In this document: positions 46,938-57,408 of the stretch, one piece after another | Layout of the letters: the number at the start of each line of letters is the position of its first letter | How positions within the stretch are numbered: the stretch's first letter is position 1 | NCBI GenBank assembly: GCA_037308085.1 | Contig: CP147779.1 | Span: 96,001-160,000 of the forward strand | Length of the DNA stretch: 64,000 nt | Source: Promethearchaeati archaeon SRVP18_Atabeyarchaeia-1 | GTDB taxonomy: Archaea > Asgardarchaeota > Atabeyarchaeia > Atabeyarchaeales > Atabeyarchaeaceae | Direction: 5' to 3' | Notes under the pieces: generated by a model | Seen by the model: the letters and a program-made list of their open reading frames with translations, nothing else | Told to the model about the DNA's origin: nothing | Databases searched by the model: none | Made by a program: the position numbers and the translations under genes

Positions 46938-48482
46938 CTAATCCCGCTTTTCAGCTTCCTTTTCCCGGCGGGCCCGAGATCGAACTCCTAGGGACCCTCC
47001 GATTTTCTCTAGGTAGGCTTGAATAGGCAGAGCAAAACCTGATTCTCTAGCCAAGCGTTTCGTGAAGCCGGCTTTTCTTGCAATTAGGTCCATGATCTTG
47101 GCGACCCCAGAGCCGAACTGCACGGCGACTTTCTGAACTGGAAGAAGCTCCGTCCGTATTCCTATTCTGGAAGCAACTTGGCGCAAGATGTACTTTCGTG
47201 TAATGCGTTTGCCTTCACTAGATAACTTCAATTGAATTGGGATGCCGAGCGAGAACCTCACGACGGAGGCGTCGAGAAAGGGAGCGAGGATTTGGCTAGA
47301 ACTTGGCGTTCCCAATTGATCATATTGAGGAATGACGTTGCCTAGCCCCACGATGTCGTTTAACATCTCGTTACAGACAGCAGTGTACCCTTCTTTGGCG
47401 AGTGTGTTCTCATACCTCTCGTATCCGCCATAGAGTTCATCGGCGCCCTGACCGTGAAGCACAAGGGTTTCACCCCTATTCACTGATTCCCTGATGGCAA
47501 AGTAGATCGGCAAAGATGTGCTGACAACTATCATATCGGTGCTCTCGACTAGGCTGACGACTCGCGGCAAATTTTCAGCGACATTTTCGTAAGTTACCTC
47601 CGCCTCGGTTAAGGGTATTTGTAGTGTCGATGACATCCGTCTTGCGTTGTAGATGTCCCTGGAGGACCGTGTTCCGGCGCAATATAGTCTGCATTTGACA
47701 CCGAGATCCATCGAGAGCTTCGCTACTACCGAGCTATCAAGCCCACCAGAAAAAAGTATCCCGATTTCCTTGTGTCCGGCAATCATTTTGGCGATTACCT
47801 CTGAGAGAATCGTGACCAGTGACTGAGCTGCTGAGCGCTCGGATAGTCGAATCGATTCTATCCTCATGCCCGAACTAATGGTTCTGACTCCGCCTTGGGA
47901 TATTAAGGTGGGTTGGGTGACGCTCTTGAGGTTCTTAAGGCCAATGTCCCATAGAGGTCTTCGCCTTGATGAGAACGCGATCAGGTGATCATCCTGAGCA
48001 ATGTAAAGAGGTTTCACTCCGATCGTGTCTCTTGCTAGGAGAAACTCGTTGCCCCATTTTAGAGCGAGAGCATACTGGCCATCCAGCGACTCCACTAGTT
48101 TCTTGGAGGATAACTCGATATCGTGGGTCGCATTCATGGTTTTTTCTAGTAGCTGAATCAGCGCGGTGGGCGCATCGGGTTGGTTGAAGATTCTCCCCGT
48201 CACTGCAACGAAGCTGGACTCAGCATCGCCTGCTGCACTGCTAGGCGTTTCGTCTCTGGATGAGTAGGCGATTCCCAGAGCAATAGTCGAAGGCGGCAGT
48301 GATATTGCCTCGAAACCTTCGATGGAGTCAGCCTCAATATACTCGTCCTGCAAGGCTAGTTTCACGTTGTCAATGCCAGAAAAATCGCTGGCGGATATTC
48401 TGAGCATGCCCTGCACTGTCTCTGATACGCTTTTGCCGGTCTTGCTGAAGGCGCCGATCACTATACACGTAGGCAACACCAT
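46938..48482 (-). CDS. Asparagine synthase-related protein
   Basis: LDGQYA, ARDTIGVKPLY, FSGGLDSS, GQGADELYGGY, PFLD, K.A.QFGSG. Confidence 0.9.
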   Translation of the reverse strand: MVLPTCIVIGAFSKTGKSVSETVQGMLRISASDFSGIDNVKLALQDEYIEADSIEGFEAISLPPSTIALGIAYSSRDETPSSAAGDAESSFVAVTGRIFNQPDAPTALIQLLEKTMNATHDIELSSKKLVESLDGQYALALKWGNEFLLARDTIGVKPLYIAQDDHLIAFSSRRRPLWDIGLKNLKSVTQPTLISQGGVRTISSGMRIESIRLSERSAAQSLVTILSEVIAKMIAGHKEIGILFSGGLDSSVVAKLSMDLGVKCRLYCAGTRSSRDIYNARRMSSTLQIPLTEAEVTYENVAENLPRVVSLVESTDMIVVSTSLPIYFAIRESVNRGETLVLHGQGADELYGGYERYENTLAKEGYTAVCNEMLNDIVGLGNVIPQYDQLGTPSSSQILAPFLDASVVRFSLGIPIQLKLSSEGKRITRKYILRQVASRIGIRTELLPVQKVAVQFGSGVAKIMDLIARKAGFTKRLARESGFALPIQAYLEKIGGSLGVRSRARREKEAEKRD

Positions 48483-48603
48483 CTGCCGACGGGTTTGATT
48501 AATAAGGGAATTCAGTTTCTTTAGGTATCTTGATTATTCGTTGCTGGGCTGTCTCCTCGCTTGAAGACGCGCTCGCAACCTAGGTGTCGAGCGAAGGTGT
48601 CAC

Positions 48604-49917
48604 TTGCAGATGTGCGAGAACATAATCGAGTGTGACAAGGGTCTGGTCAAGGAGGCAGAGATTACACCCAGTCTTTTCAAACCTAACTACAAGCGTTGCA
48701 TTCATATGGTGTTGCCAACCGCCTTATCCTTTTTGGGTTTCAGGCTGCCTACCAGAGAATATTCTTCTTTGACTGATACTGCACGCCTAAGAAGAACAAT
48801 GGAAAACAACAGCTGTTTCGACTCAGACAAAGTAATCATGGTTGTAGCAGATTCCGTGGGTATAGAACAGTTTCGAAAATCCAGCTACCTCTCGAATATC
48901 TACAACGAGACAAATGGATTTCAGCTTTCATCGGTATTCCCCACCATCACATCCACAGCTCTAGCGTCAATTCACATGGCCACTCCTCCAGGCATTCATG
49001 GCATCTTCGGTCACAAGATCTTTTTCAAGGAGCTAGGCGCAGTGGTGGACACTCTCAAGATGAGCACTCTGTCTGTTGGAGCCAGGGACTCGTTGATTAG
49101 AGCTGGAATTGACGCTCGCGCGTTGACGTACTGCAGTTCGCCATACGATCTTGTCGAGCAGCAGGGGATCGAGCATGTGGAACTACTCGAAGATGAAATA
49201 GCCGGCACTGGATTGTCCAATATGATCTACAGGAGACAGGTCGCACGTGGGTTCAACAATTTGATTGATGCATTCTCAATGGCCAGACAGGCGCTGGAAG
49301 AAGAGAAAGACAAGAAGGTCATGGTGAACCTATACACTGGAATACTCGATTCGCTTAGCCACAAGTACGGCCCGTACAGCGAGGAATATTCCATTGGCAT
49401 GAGGTTCCTAGACGAGAACATTCGGAGACTAGTTGGAAGCATCAGGGACAGTACCGCCGAGAAGACGACGTTGGTCTTCCTCGCGGATCACGGACAGGAT
49501 CCAATAGACCCGAGACTAGAAATAGTCTTCTCCAGGGATGAGATCGAGAAACTCGGCAAGTTTCTCCGTGCCCCTGCTGGAAAATCAGGCAGAGTCATGC
49601 ATTTCTATGTGAAAGATGGATTTCAGGAGGATACGGTGCATGAACTCAAGAAGAAGGTAGGCGAACGAGGTTACTTGGTTACGTTTGAGGACGCCATTAG
49701 GACCTTCGTGGGCAAAACCATGAATCTGAAGATGAGTAAGATGAGGCTGGGAGACATAATCCTGATCCTTAAGAAGGGAGTGAACGTTGAAATCAGGAGG
49801 GATGAAAGCCAGAACAGATGGGAAGAACCTTTGCGCGGATCGCACGGCTCGATGACGTTAAACGAGCTCTTGGTACCTTTCATCTCTGTGAAGCTATCGC
49901 AACTGAAGAAATACTGA
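48604..49917 (+). CDS. Alkaline phosphatase superfamily nucleotide pyrophosphatase/phosphodiesterase
   Basis: ADSVG, SVFPTIT, DSLSHKYGP, ADHG, GSHGS; start uncertain. Confidence 0.9.
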   Translation: MQMCENIIECDKGLVKEAEITPSLFKPNYKRCIHMVLPTALSFLGFRLPTREYSSLTDTARLRRTMENNSCFDSDKVIMVVADSVGIEQFRKSSYLSNIYNETNGFQLSSVFPTITSTALASIHMATPPGIHGIFGHKIFFKELGAVVDTLKMSTLSVGARDSLIRAGIDARALTYCSSPYDLVEQQGIEHVELLEDEIAGTGLSNMIYRRQVARGFNNLIDAFSMARQALEEEKDKKVMVNLYTGILDSLSHKYGPYSEEYSIGMRFLDENIRRLVGSIRDSTAEKTTLVFLADHGQDPIDPRLEIVFSRDEIEKLGKFLRAPAGKSGRVMHFYVKDGFQEDTVHELKKKVGERGYLVTFEDAIRTFVGKTMNLKMSKMRLGDIILILKKGVNVEIRRDESQNRWEEPLRGSHGSMTLNELLVPFISVKLSQLKKY

Positions 49918-49964
49918 ACCAACTCTTTTCGCCGAGCCTTTCCGCGTCTTCTTCGATTCGAGTT

Positions 49965-50834
49965 CTACTTCCCGTCTTCAACGCCTTTCTTCTTCTGGGT
50001 GACTTTGAATACGTCGGCTATCTCGCTCAGATGCTTCTCCATCAGTGATTCAAGCGGCTCTTCGATTGAGACCTCTTTTTGTGCGAGCCTCTCGCGCTCC
50101 GCTTTTTTTTGAGTTTGTGAAGCCCCCTTAAGAAATTCGACTGCTAGAACCCGACCATTTTCGATAATAACCCGTGGGGTATACTCTTCTGCGAGAAAGA
50201 TCCCGTCTTCCAGAGGGTTTGTGACTTTTCCAACCTTACGCTCAACTTTCTCCTTGCCGAAGACTCTTGTCCTCGACACTGAGACGGCAAACATATCATG
50301 GCCAATAACAATCAGTTCCCGGTCAAAACCTTTTGGTGGCTCAATCGAGCTCAGCCTTTCGACTATCTTGCTCGAATCCATTTCAGTCCTTGAGGGTCCT
50401 GTTTGCATCTGCGGTCCCCGAGGTGGGGAAGTGTATGATGGACTCGCAGATGAGCTTGTCTGCATTGTCGGTTGACGCGGCTGAGCCGCAGAACGAGATA
50501 CCTGCTGCGAAGGGGATTCAGGCGTCGCCACAGCAGGGGCAGCAGTACTCGGGCGTGGTACACTGGGTCTTGCATCAATTTGCCGGACAAAGTCTGGGGT
50601 TTCGCTTTCGTCAACCTGCGTCAGCTTGTATGACAGACCGTGTTCAAGCCTTAAGCTTGAAGCCAAGCGCGCACCAATAAACTTGCTCCGAGTCCTGGCG
50701 TCTTTCCCATTCCATAGTACAATCTGCTTGTCTTCGTCGTTGACAAATATGTAGACCTTGCCACTCTCGACGCTCTCCTTTCTGAATGGAGACTCCTTTA
50801 GCTCTCCGTCCTCAGCGACTTCATACATCCTCAT
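49965..50834 (-). CDS. Gelsolin-domain protein (Asgard 1DGelX-type)
   Basis: VYIFV..IVLWNGKDA..RSKFIGA..A...VDESE..F gelsolin fold, P/S-rich linker, PPKGFDRELIVIG..PRVIIENGRV domain. Confidence 0.8.
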   Translation of the reverse strand: MRMYEVAEDGELKESPFRKESVESGKVYIFVNDEDKQIVLWNGKDARTRSKFIGARLASSLRLEHGLSYKLTQVDESETPDFVRQIDARPSVPRPSTAAPAVATPESPSQQVSRSAAQPRQPTMQTSSSASPSYTSPPRGPQMQTGPSRTEMDSSKIVERLSSIEPPKGFDRELIVIGHDMFAVSVSRTRVFGKEKVERKVGKVTNPLEDGIFLAEEYTPRVIIENGRVLAVEFLKGASQTQKKAERERLAQKEVSIEEPLESLMEKHLSEIADVFKVTQKKKGVEDGK

Positions 50835-50951
50835 TTTGAGACTTCCACCTTTTTCGATGAAGGTAACTCTATGCTTCAAGCGTCCTTTGAAACGTCTGTG
50901 TAAGTTGTCTCTTGGTATGAGCCAGACATGATATTCATTCTTTCCTTCCTC

Positions 50952-51021
50952 GAGGAGTATCTAACCATCCGGTCAGGATCTGGGTGCAGATCCGGCATAC
51001 CGATGATGGTGTATCCTCCTC
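50952..51021 (-). ncRNA. 70-nt nested hairpin at the predicted 5' end of the gelsolin transcript
   Basis: GAGGAG/CTCCTC, ACCATC/GATGGT, CGGT/ACCG, GGATCTG/CAGATCC; TATA at ~51051-51059. Confidence 0.5.
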
Positions 51022-51404
51022 TGCTCTACATACTTAGTGTGTTGATCACTTAATATATTTTTAGCATATGTTTTCCTATTCCTTTACTCATCTAATTTCA
51101 GTTATTAATTAAGTGAAAGAGGAGAAGAGTATCATGGACATGACTTACTACAACGTCATCCTGCTTGGGCCAGGGATCCCCAACATCCTTGATGATCATC
51201 TTCTTAGGACCCGTGGGAAATGCAGCCTTCCGGTTTTCTCGCCTCGCCTTCTTCGTCCTATGTAGAAAAAGGACTGTATTAGGATTAGTCTGGCAATACA
51301 TGCAACTATTAGGCTTTGTCGAGAATAATCTCAGATCGACATAGCTTCGAGTTCTGGATGATTGCTTGGCCCAATTAGGCCGGTTTCCATCAGATTCTGT
51401 TAGC

Positions 51405-53087
51405 TCACTCTGGTCTGGTTTCCTGTTCTCTCAACTCTTTTCTAAGAACTTTTCCTACTAGGGTCTCAGGGAGCTCTTTTCTGAACTCGACGGACTTTGG
51501 TACTTTGTAGGGCGCCAGCGACTTCTTGCAGAATTCCCTTATTTCGTTAGCGAGGTCATCTCCTTCCTTGTACCCGTCCTTCAGCACGACGAAGGCTTTT
51601 ACTCTCTCGTTACCTGGTGTCCGTGGGTCAGGGATACCTATTACTGAAGCCATCAAGACGGCTTTGTGTTCGTACAGTATGTCTTCGACCTCTCGTGGGT
51701 AGACTTTGAATCCGCTGACATCGATCATGTCTTTCTTCCTATCCACTATGTAGAAGTATCCATCTTCATCCATTCTACCTATGTCGCCTGTCTTGACCCA
51801 CCCATCTTTCATTTGATTCTTCGTTTCTTCGGGTTTGTTCCAGTATCCCTTCATGACTTGGGGCCCCTTAACCATTATCTCTCCTTCTTTCCCTACCGGC
51901 ATGATCTTCGTGTCGTCAGCTAGGTCAACGATCTTAACTTCCGTATCAGGGAAGGGTAACCCGACCGAACCGATTCTCCTTTTTCCTTCACCCGTGGGGT
52001 TGCTATGAGTAACAGGTGAGCACTCTGTCAATCCATATCCTTCGAGGATTTTTCCTCCAGTTCTTTTCTCGAAGTCCTTCAGGACTTCTGGCGGCATTGG
52101 AGCCGCTCCAGTATTGCAGATTCTGATTGATCTAAGATCCTTGGCGTAGTCTCCAATATCATCTCGCTCCAAGAGCCGCATGTACACCGTTGGAACCCCG
52201 GGGAACAGGCTTGGTCTAGTTTCGCGAATGAGCCCTAGCAAGGACTTGAGATCTCTAGGGTCAGCGTTCAAAACCATCGTTACGGCATTGTGTATAAGAG
52301 TGTTCATACAAACAGTCATGCCATAGATATGAAACAGAGGCAGATTTGTTAGGGCGGTTTCTTTCCCTCTTTTTACGTCAGGCAGCCAAGCGGCAGTGGC
52401 TACGGCGTTGGATACAAGGTTGTAGTGCGTCAGCATTGCCCCTTTGGGTAAACCCGTGGTTCCACCAGTATATTGAAGCACTGCTACGTCTTCTTTCGGG
52501 TTGACCTTAAGTTTTGGTGGGTTCGGTTTTGCTTTGTTAACTAGGTTTACGAACTGCATCGTGCCCGCTATTTCGGGTGGCGCCGTCTGCGCATCTGGGG
52601 AGTAGTCGAAAACACCGGTTATGATTATGTTCCTGAGTCTAGTCCTATCTTTTATGTTCCTGATCTTCTCAAGTTGCCTATCCCACGCTATGATTGTCTC
52701 TGCGCCTGCATCATTCAGTTGGAATGCCAACTCTCGTTCCGTTAGGAGAGTGCTGCAACTCGTGACTGTCGCGCCTGACTTCATGATACCGTAGTAACTG
52801 AAGAGGAACTGAGGAAAGTTCGGCATAATAATCGCGACGACATCACCTTTCTTCACACCCAAGCTTGCTAGCGCGGCTGCAAGTCTGTCAGCAGTGTCTT
52901 TGAAATCCTTGTACGATATCCTCCTTTTTAAGAAGTATATCGCTGTGCGACTGCCAAAATCCTTGGCCGCTCTATCGAGTAATTCGTAAAGTGGGATCTC
53001 GGGATAGTCTATGTGGGTTGGAACACCTTTGTCGTATAACTTCAACCAAGGCTTATCTGCATAAGGGTTCTCATTTTTCTGGCTCAT
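51405..53087 (-). CDS. Long-chain fatty acid-CoA ligase family (paralog 2)
   Basis: YTGGTTGLPKG, EGYGLTE, TGDIG, GKVLRK; closely similar to 26963-28669. Confidence 0.93.
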   Translation of the reverse strand: MSQKNENPYADKPWLKLYDKGVPTHIDYPEIPLYELLDRAAKDFGSRTAIYFLKRRISYKDFKDTADRLAAALASLGVKKGDVVAIIMPNFPQFLFSYYGIMKSGATVTSCSTLLTERELAFQLNDAGAETIIAWDRQLEKIRNIKDRTRLRNIIITGVFDYSPDAQTAPPEIAGTMQFVNLVNKAKPNPPKLKVNPKEDVAVLQYTGGTTGLPKGAMLTHYNLVSNAVATAAWLPDVKRGKETALTNLPLFHIYGMTVCMNTLIHNAVTMVLNADPRDLKSLLGLIRETRPSLFPGVPTVYMRLLERDDIGDYAKDLRSIRICNTGAAPMPPEVLKDFEKRTGGKILEGYGLTECSPVTHSNPTGEGKRRIGSVGLPFPDTEVKIVDLADDTKIMPVGKEGEIMVKGPQVMKGYWNKPEETKNQMKDGWVKTGDIGRMDEDGYFYIVDRKKDMIDVSGFKVYPREVEDILYEHKAVLMASVIGIPDPRTPGNERVKAFVVLKDGYKEGDDLANEIREFCKKSLAPYKVPKSVEFRKELPETLVGKVLRKELREQETRPE

Positions 53088-53290
53088 AGCTGACAACACA
53101 CCTCTAGTTATGGCAACTTCTGATTACATTTCTCCATTTCAGAAAGATGTTAGTGACATCTCCGCTCGACTGATTCAGATTCGATCAGCAGCAAACCATC
53201 TCTTTGCAGCTAATTCGAAAATATCGAAGATATAAGATGGATCATTAGTGATTTGTCATCTACATAGGTAAGTGCTCCGATCTCTTAAGG

Positions 53291-54646
53291 TCATTTCTCT
53301 TCCTCAAGTTCATCGAGAGCATCCGCAGCCGCCTCGCAGACATAATCGCATTTATCATGTATCATATTCTTTACGGCTGGAACAACTTCGGGGGTAGGCG
53401 AACCTATTTTTCCGAGAGCCTCGACAGCACGCCATCGAACATCGTCCTTCTTGTCATGCAATAGATTTACCAGCGCTCCGATTCCTTTGGCGGCAGGCGA
53501 ACCGATCTTCCCCAATGCTATTGCAGCCTCACGACGAACAATAGCGTCACTATCACTCAATGCTTCCTGCAATCCTGGAACAGCTTCTGCCGCCGCATCT
53601 CCCATTCTTCCTAGTGCTCTTGCCGCTTCTGTGCGGACAGTTTGCTTTCCATCCTTCAGCGCCTCGACAAGAGCTGGAATGCCTTCCACGGCGTCAGCGC
53701 CAACTCCTCCGATCGCCCCAGCTGCTAGGTACCTCACTTCTTCGTTTCCCTCTTTCAGTGCTTCAGTCAGCGCTGGGACGGCATACTTACCTATACTGCG
53801 AAGCCCGTCGGCTGCTTTTCCGCGCACCGCTTCGTCTCTGTCACGCAACCTGGCAGACAAGGCGTTGATTACTTTCGGTTCCTTGAGTTTCGTCTCGCCT
53901 AGAGCTTCAACCGCCGCTCGCCGGACAATTGCACGCGGGTGCACTGAAGCTTTCAATAGGCTTGGAACTGCATCCCATCCTATCCGGGCGAGAGCACTTG
54001 TGGCTCGGTAACGTACTCTCCAATCCTTGTCTTCAAGTGCGCTCATTAAACTTGGAATAGCCTCAGAAGCACCTTCTCCGATCTTCTCTATTGACTTCGC
54101 TGCAGCTGTTCTAACAGTCCAGCTCTCATCTTTGAGGGCTCTGATCAGATCTGGAATAGACTTGTAAGCCTCTCGCCCTATTCTTCCAAGCGCCCCAGCA
54201 GCTTCAGTTCGGACTTCCTCGCTGGCGTCTTTCAGAGCAGTCATCAAGCTGGATATCGCTTCGCCCGTACCAGATCCTATGTCCCCCAGGGTAATTGCAG
54301 CTTGTTTGCGGACCGAGACTTCCTGGTCCTTCAAGAGCTTCGATATCTTCGAGATAGCTTTGGCTGCAGGTTTGCCTATCCTTCCCAATGATCTAGCAGC
54401 TTCACGACGCACGCTCCAGTCTTCATCCTCCAGTCGATCCGTCAATTTGGGGACAGCTGAAGCGGCCTTTGGACCAAGTTCGCCCAAAGCAACGGTGGCA
54501 TTGAAGCGAATAGACCTTATCTCACTTTTCAAGTGCCCGCTTAATTCACCTATTATGCTCGGGTCTTTCTCTGCTCTTGATACAATTACCTCAATCTTTG
54601 CGTCTCTAAGGAGATCTATTAGTTGAGCGGACATTGAGTTACGCAT
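53291..54646 (-). CDS. HEAT (PBS-lyase-type) repeat protein
   Basis: ~13 repeats of 'L.D....VR..AA.ALG.IG..A..AIP.L..AL'. Confidence 0.92.
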   Translation of the reverse strand: MRNSMSAQLIDLLRDAKIEVIVSRAEKDPSIIGELSGHLKSEIRSIRFNATVALGELGPKAASAVPKLTDRLEDEDWSVRREAARSLGRIGKPAAKAISKISKLLKDQEVSVRKQAAITLGDIGSGTGEAISSLMTALKDASEEVRTEAAGALGRIGREAYKSIPDLIRALKDESWTVRTAAAKSIEKIGEGASEAIPSLMSALEDKDWRVRYRATSALARIGWDAVPSLLKASVHPRAIVRRAAVEALGETKLKEPKVINALSARLRDRDEAVRGKAADGLRSIGKYAVPALTEALKEGNEEVRYLAAGAIGGVGADAVEGIPALVEALKDGKQTVRTEAARALGRMGDAAAEAVPGLQEALSDSDAIVRREAAIALGKIGSPAAKGIGALVNLLHDKKDDVRWRAVEALGKIGSPTPEVVPAVKNMIHDKCDYVCEAAADALDELEEEK

Positions 54647-54788
54647 TCCTCCTTCTATTGTCCTACTTATTCGGGGAAGGATGAATCTGTGCATGACGAA
54701 AGACAATCATGATTCAAGATTACGGTGTCATCCATTAGGATTTATCCGGGTGCAGGACAGAGTGAAGTCTCCTCTAGACAGACTCTCC

Positions 54789-55505
54789 CTATGCTATGCC
54801 TAAGTACACTTCTTTCATTCGAGGTTCCTTCCTAAGCTCTTTTGGAGTTCCTCTCATCTCGATTTTTCCTTCCTCGAGAACGTGGAGGTTCTCCGCGACC
54901 TCTAGCGCTAAGACTGCATCTTGCTCGACCAGGAGCGTAGTCGTTCCGGTCTTCTTGATCTCGTTGATGGCTTCAAAGATCCTAGTCTTAACCTTTGGAG
55001 CCAAACCCAGTGAAGGTTCGTCCATTAACAGGAGTTTTGGATTGGCCATAAGCGCACGCCCGATTGCAAGCATTTGCTGCTCTCCGCCACTGAGCGTTCC
55101 TGCTGTCTGTCTCCGCCTGTGTTCAAGAACGGGGAATATCTTGAACACCAACTTCATGAGACTCTTGATTTTGCTCTTGTCCTTCACCGAATATGCCCCC
55201 ATATCAAGGTTCTCCATGACGCTCATATCGGGGAAGAGTCTGCGCCTTTCAGGACAATGAGCTATTCCCTTCCTCGCAATCTCATAGGGTTCTAGCTCGT
55301 CAATCCTCTCGCCCTTAAAAGTGATTGTTCCTCTGTCAATCTCTTCTAGACCGGTGATCGCCCTGAGCAGGGTAGTCTTGCCAGCCCCGTTTGGCCCAAT
55401 AACTGCGTCGAGGGTTTTGCTCTCGACGTTCAAGCTAACATCTTCAAGAGCTCTGGCTTTTCCGTAGTAGTGATAGATCTTCTTTACTTCAAGCAAATTT
55501 CTCAC
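54789..55505 (-). CDS. livF: Branched-chain amino acid-type ABC ATPase
   Basis: GPNGAGKTT, LSGGEQQMLAIGRALM, DEPSLGLAP. Confidence 0.9.
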   Translation of the reverse strand: MRNLLEVKKIYHYYGKARALEDVSLNVESKTLDAVIGPNGAGKTTLLRAITGLEEIDRGTITFKGERIDELEPYEIARKGIAHCPERRRLFPDMSVMENLDMGAYSVKDKSKIKSLMKLVFKIFPVLEHRRRQTAGTLSGGEQQMLAIGRALMANPKLLLMDEPSLGLAPKVKTRIFEAINEIKKTGTTTLLVEQDAVLALEVAENLHVLEEGKIEMRGTPKELRKEPRMKEVYLGIA

Positions 55506-56241
55506 CCTTACCTAGATAAGCTTCCAATACGATCTTGTTATTGGCGACCTCCTTGGGTGGCCCGTCAGCGATCAGCTTGCCCTGATGCATAGCGAGCACT
55601 CTCGGAACAAGTGTCATGAGTTCACGCATCACATGCCCTGTTACAAATATCGTGGCTCCTTCTTCATTCAGGTTTCTAACCAACTTTCCAATATTCTCTG
55701 ATTCCTCACGAGCTAAACCGCTAAAGGGCTCATCAAGAAGAAGCAGCTGGGGATTTGTCGCGAGTGCTCTAGCTATTTCAAGTCTTCTCAAGTCGCCATG
55801 AGGCAAGACTATTGGGGGCAATCTAGCCTTGTCCACAAGACCAACTGAGGAGAGAATCGTACTCGCATATGCATCTATCCCAATATCCTGGGAGACGGCT
55901 TTGCCCCTTGGTGATAAACATCCTACTGTCACATTATCCAGTAGTGTCATGTACCGAAAAGGTCTAACCAATTGAAACGTTCTCGCCAGACCTGTGCCAA
56001 CAACTTGAAAGGGTTTCCATCCAGTGATGTCGACACCATCAAACTTGATAGCACCAGCGCTGGGCTTCTCGAATCCAGATATCAAGTTAAAGACTGTAGT
56101 TTTGCCAGCCCCATTGGGACCTATCAACCCAGCCATGGAGCCACGCTCTATTTCAAAGCTAACATCATTCACCGCTGTTAGTCCGCCGAACTTCTTCGTC
56201 AGATTCTTGACTTCAAGTATGGTCCCCATTACTTGACTCAC
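55489..56241 (-). CDS. livG: Branched-chain amino acid-type ABC ATPase
   Basis: FGGLTAV, GPNGAGKTT, ARTFQ, LEIARAL. Confidence 0.9.
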   Translation of the reverse strand: MSQVMGTILEVKNLTKKFGGLTAVNDVSFEIERGSMAGLIGPNGAGKTTVFNLISGFEKPSAGAIKFDGVDITGWKPFQVVGTGLARTFQLVRPFRYMTLLDNVTVGCLSPRGKAVSQDIGIDAYASTILSSVGLVDKARLPPIVLPHGDLRRLEIARALATNPQLLLLDEPFSGLAREESENIGKLVRNLNEEGATIFVTGHVMRELMTLVPRVLAMHQGKLIADGPPKEVANNKIVLEAYLGKGEKFA

Positions 56242-56266
56242 CGCTCTCAGAGTTGCTTCTCCTTAG

Positions 56267-57340
56267 CTACTTTCCTCTTAGAATCTGCCAAAACTCCTTG
56301 AGGCGTTCAATCAATGGCCTCACAGTCCCATTGGACGCGAATCTCAGAACGATAATCAGCGCTATGGCGAAGATCAAATATGTCACGTCACCGAAACCTC
56401 TCAGGAATTCAGCCAAGAAAATGAAGAAGTAGGCCCCGCCGACAGATCCAAAGATCGTAGCGATCCCGCCCAAGGTTGCCATAACAATCGCGTAAAATGA
56501 ATACAACGTGGAAAATGTTTCGGGGCTTACACCTGTGAAATGGAAAGCGTAGAGTGAACCTGCGATGCCTGCAAAGAAGGAACTTATCATGAACGCAACC
56601 AACTTATATTTCGTCGTGTTGATCCCCGAAGCTTCGGCTGATGTCTCATCATCCCGAATCGCCTTAAAGACCGTTCCGACCCTTGAGTTACTGACGGCGA
56701 TCATGGCTAGAACTGACACTATCATCAAGGCTAACACCACCAAGTACTCGACTACCGGGTCAGGAGACACTGGGGGAACTCGGGACACGCCCCCAGACCC
56801 GCCAAGCCAAGGCGCTAGGTAAACTGACCGGAATAGCTCAGCCAATATCAGAGTAAACGCCAACGTTCCTAATGCAAAGTACGGACCTCGTAACCTCAAG
56901 CAAGGAATTCCAATTATCACACCAAAGAAGACTGCTACGATCGCTCCAAGAAACATGGACACCCACCATGGCTGACCATAATAACGTGCCAAGGCTGAAG
57001 CGGCATAACCTGCTATTCCAAGGAACGCAGCATGACCAAAGCTACTTTGCCCCACAAATCCTGCTAAGAGATCCCAACTCGCAGCAAAAATCACAAATAT
57101 ATTTGCTGTAATGAAAATGCCTAGGTAATACAAGTTACTACTTAACAATGGAAAAACGAAGACAAAGAGCAAACATAAGATAGTCAGTGTTCCTTTGAAA
57201 GTGGAAGCCCAAGGTTTGATGCGCCTCGTTGAAGGCGGTACCTGTTGAAAGAAGTGTTTTACAGCTGTCGGAAGCCACTTAACGAAGTTCTTTGTGGCAC
57301 TCGTAGCATTTCGCACCGACCTGCGGGTCCTCTTTGCCAT
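56267..57340 (-). CDS. livM: Branched-chain amino acid-type ABC permease
   Basis: SFGHAAF, LRGPYFA, AIRDDE..A.ASGIN. Confidence 0.9.
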   Translation of the reverse strand: MAKRTRRSVRNATSATKNFVKWLPTAVKHFFQQVPPSTRRIKPWASTFKGTLTILCLLFVFVFPLLSSNLYYLGIFITANIFVIFAASWDLLAGFVGQSSFGHAAFLGIAGYAASALARYYGQPWWVSMFLGAIVAVFFGVIIGIPCLRLRGPYFALGTLAFTLILAELFRSVYLAPWLGGSGGVSRVPPVSPDPVVEYLVVLALMIVSVLAMIAVSNSRVGTVFKAIRDDETSAEASGINTTKYKLVAFMISSFFAGIAGSLYAFHFTGVSPETFSTLYSFYAIVMATLGGIATIFGSVGGAYFFIFLAEFLRGFGDVTYLIFAIALIIVLRFASNGTVRPLIERLKEFWQILRGK

Positions 57341-57408
57341 TTCACTTATTCCTCCTCAAGAACATGCCTCGGCTTACTGGTTTGTAAAAACCAGGTCGTC
57401 TCCATTTT

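Noticed and set aside
51098-51301. 67-aa ORF
   Set aside because: No recognisable family or RBS; cannot support it as a gene.
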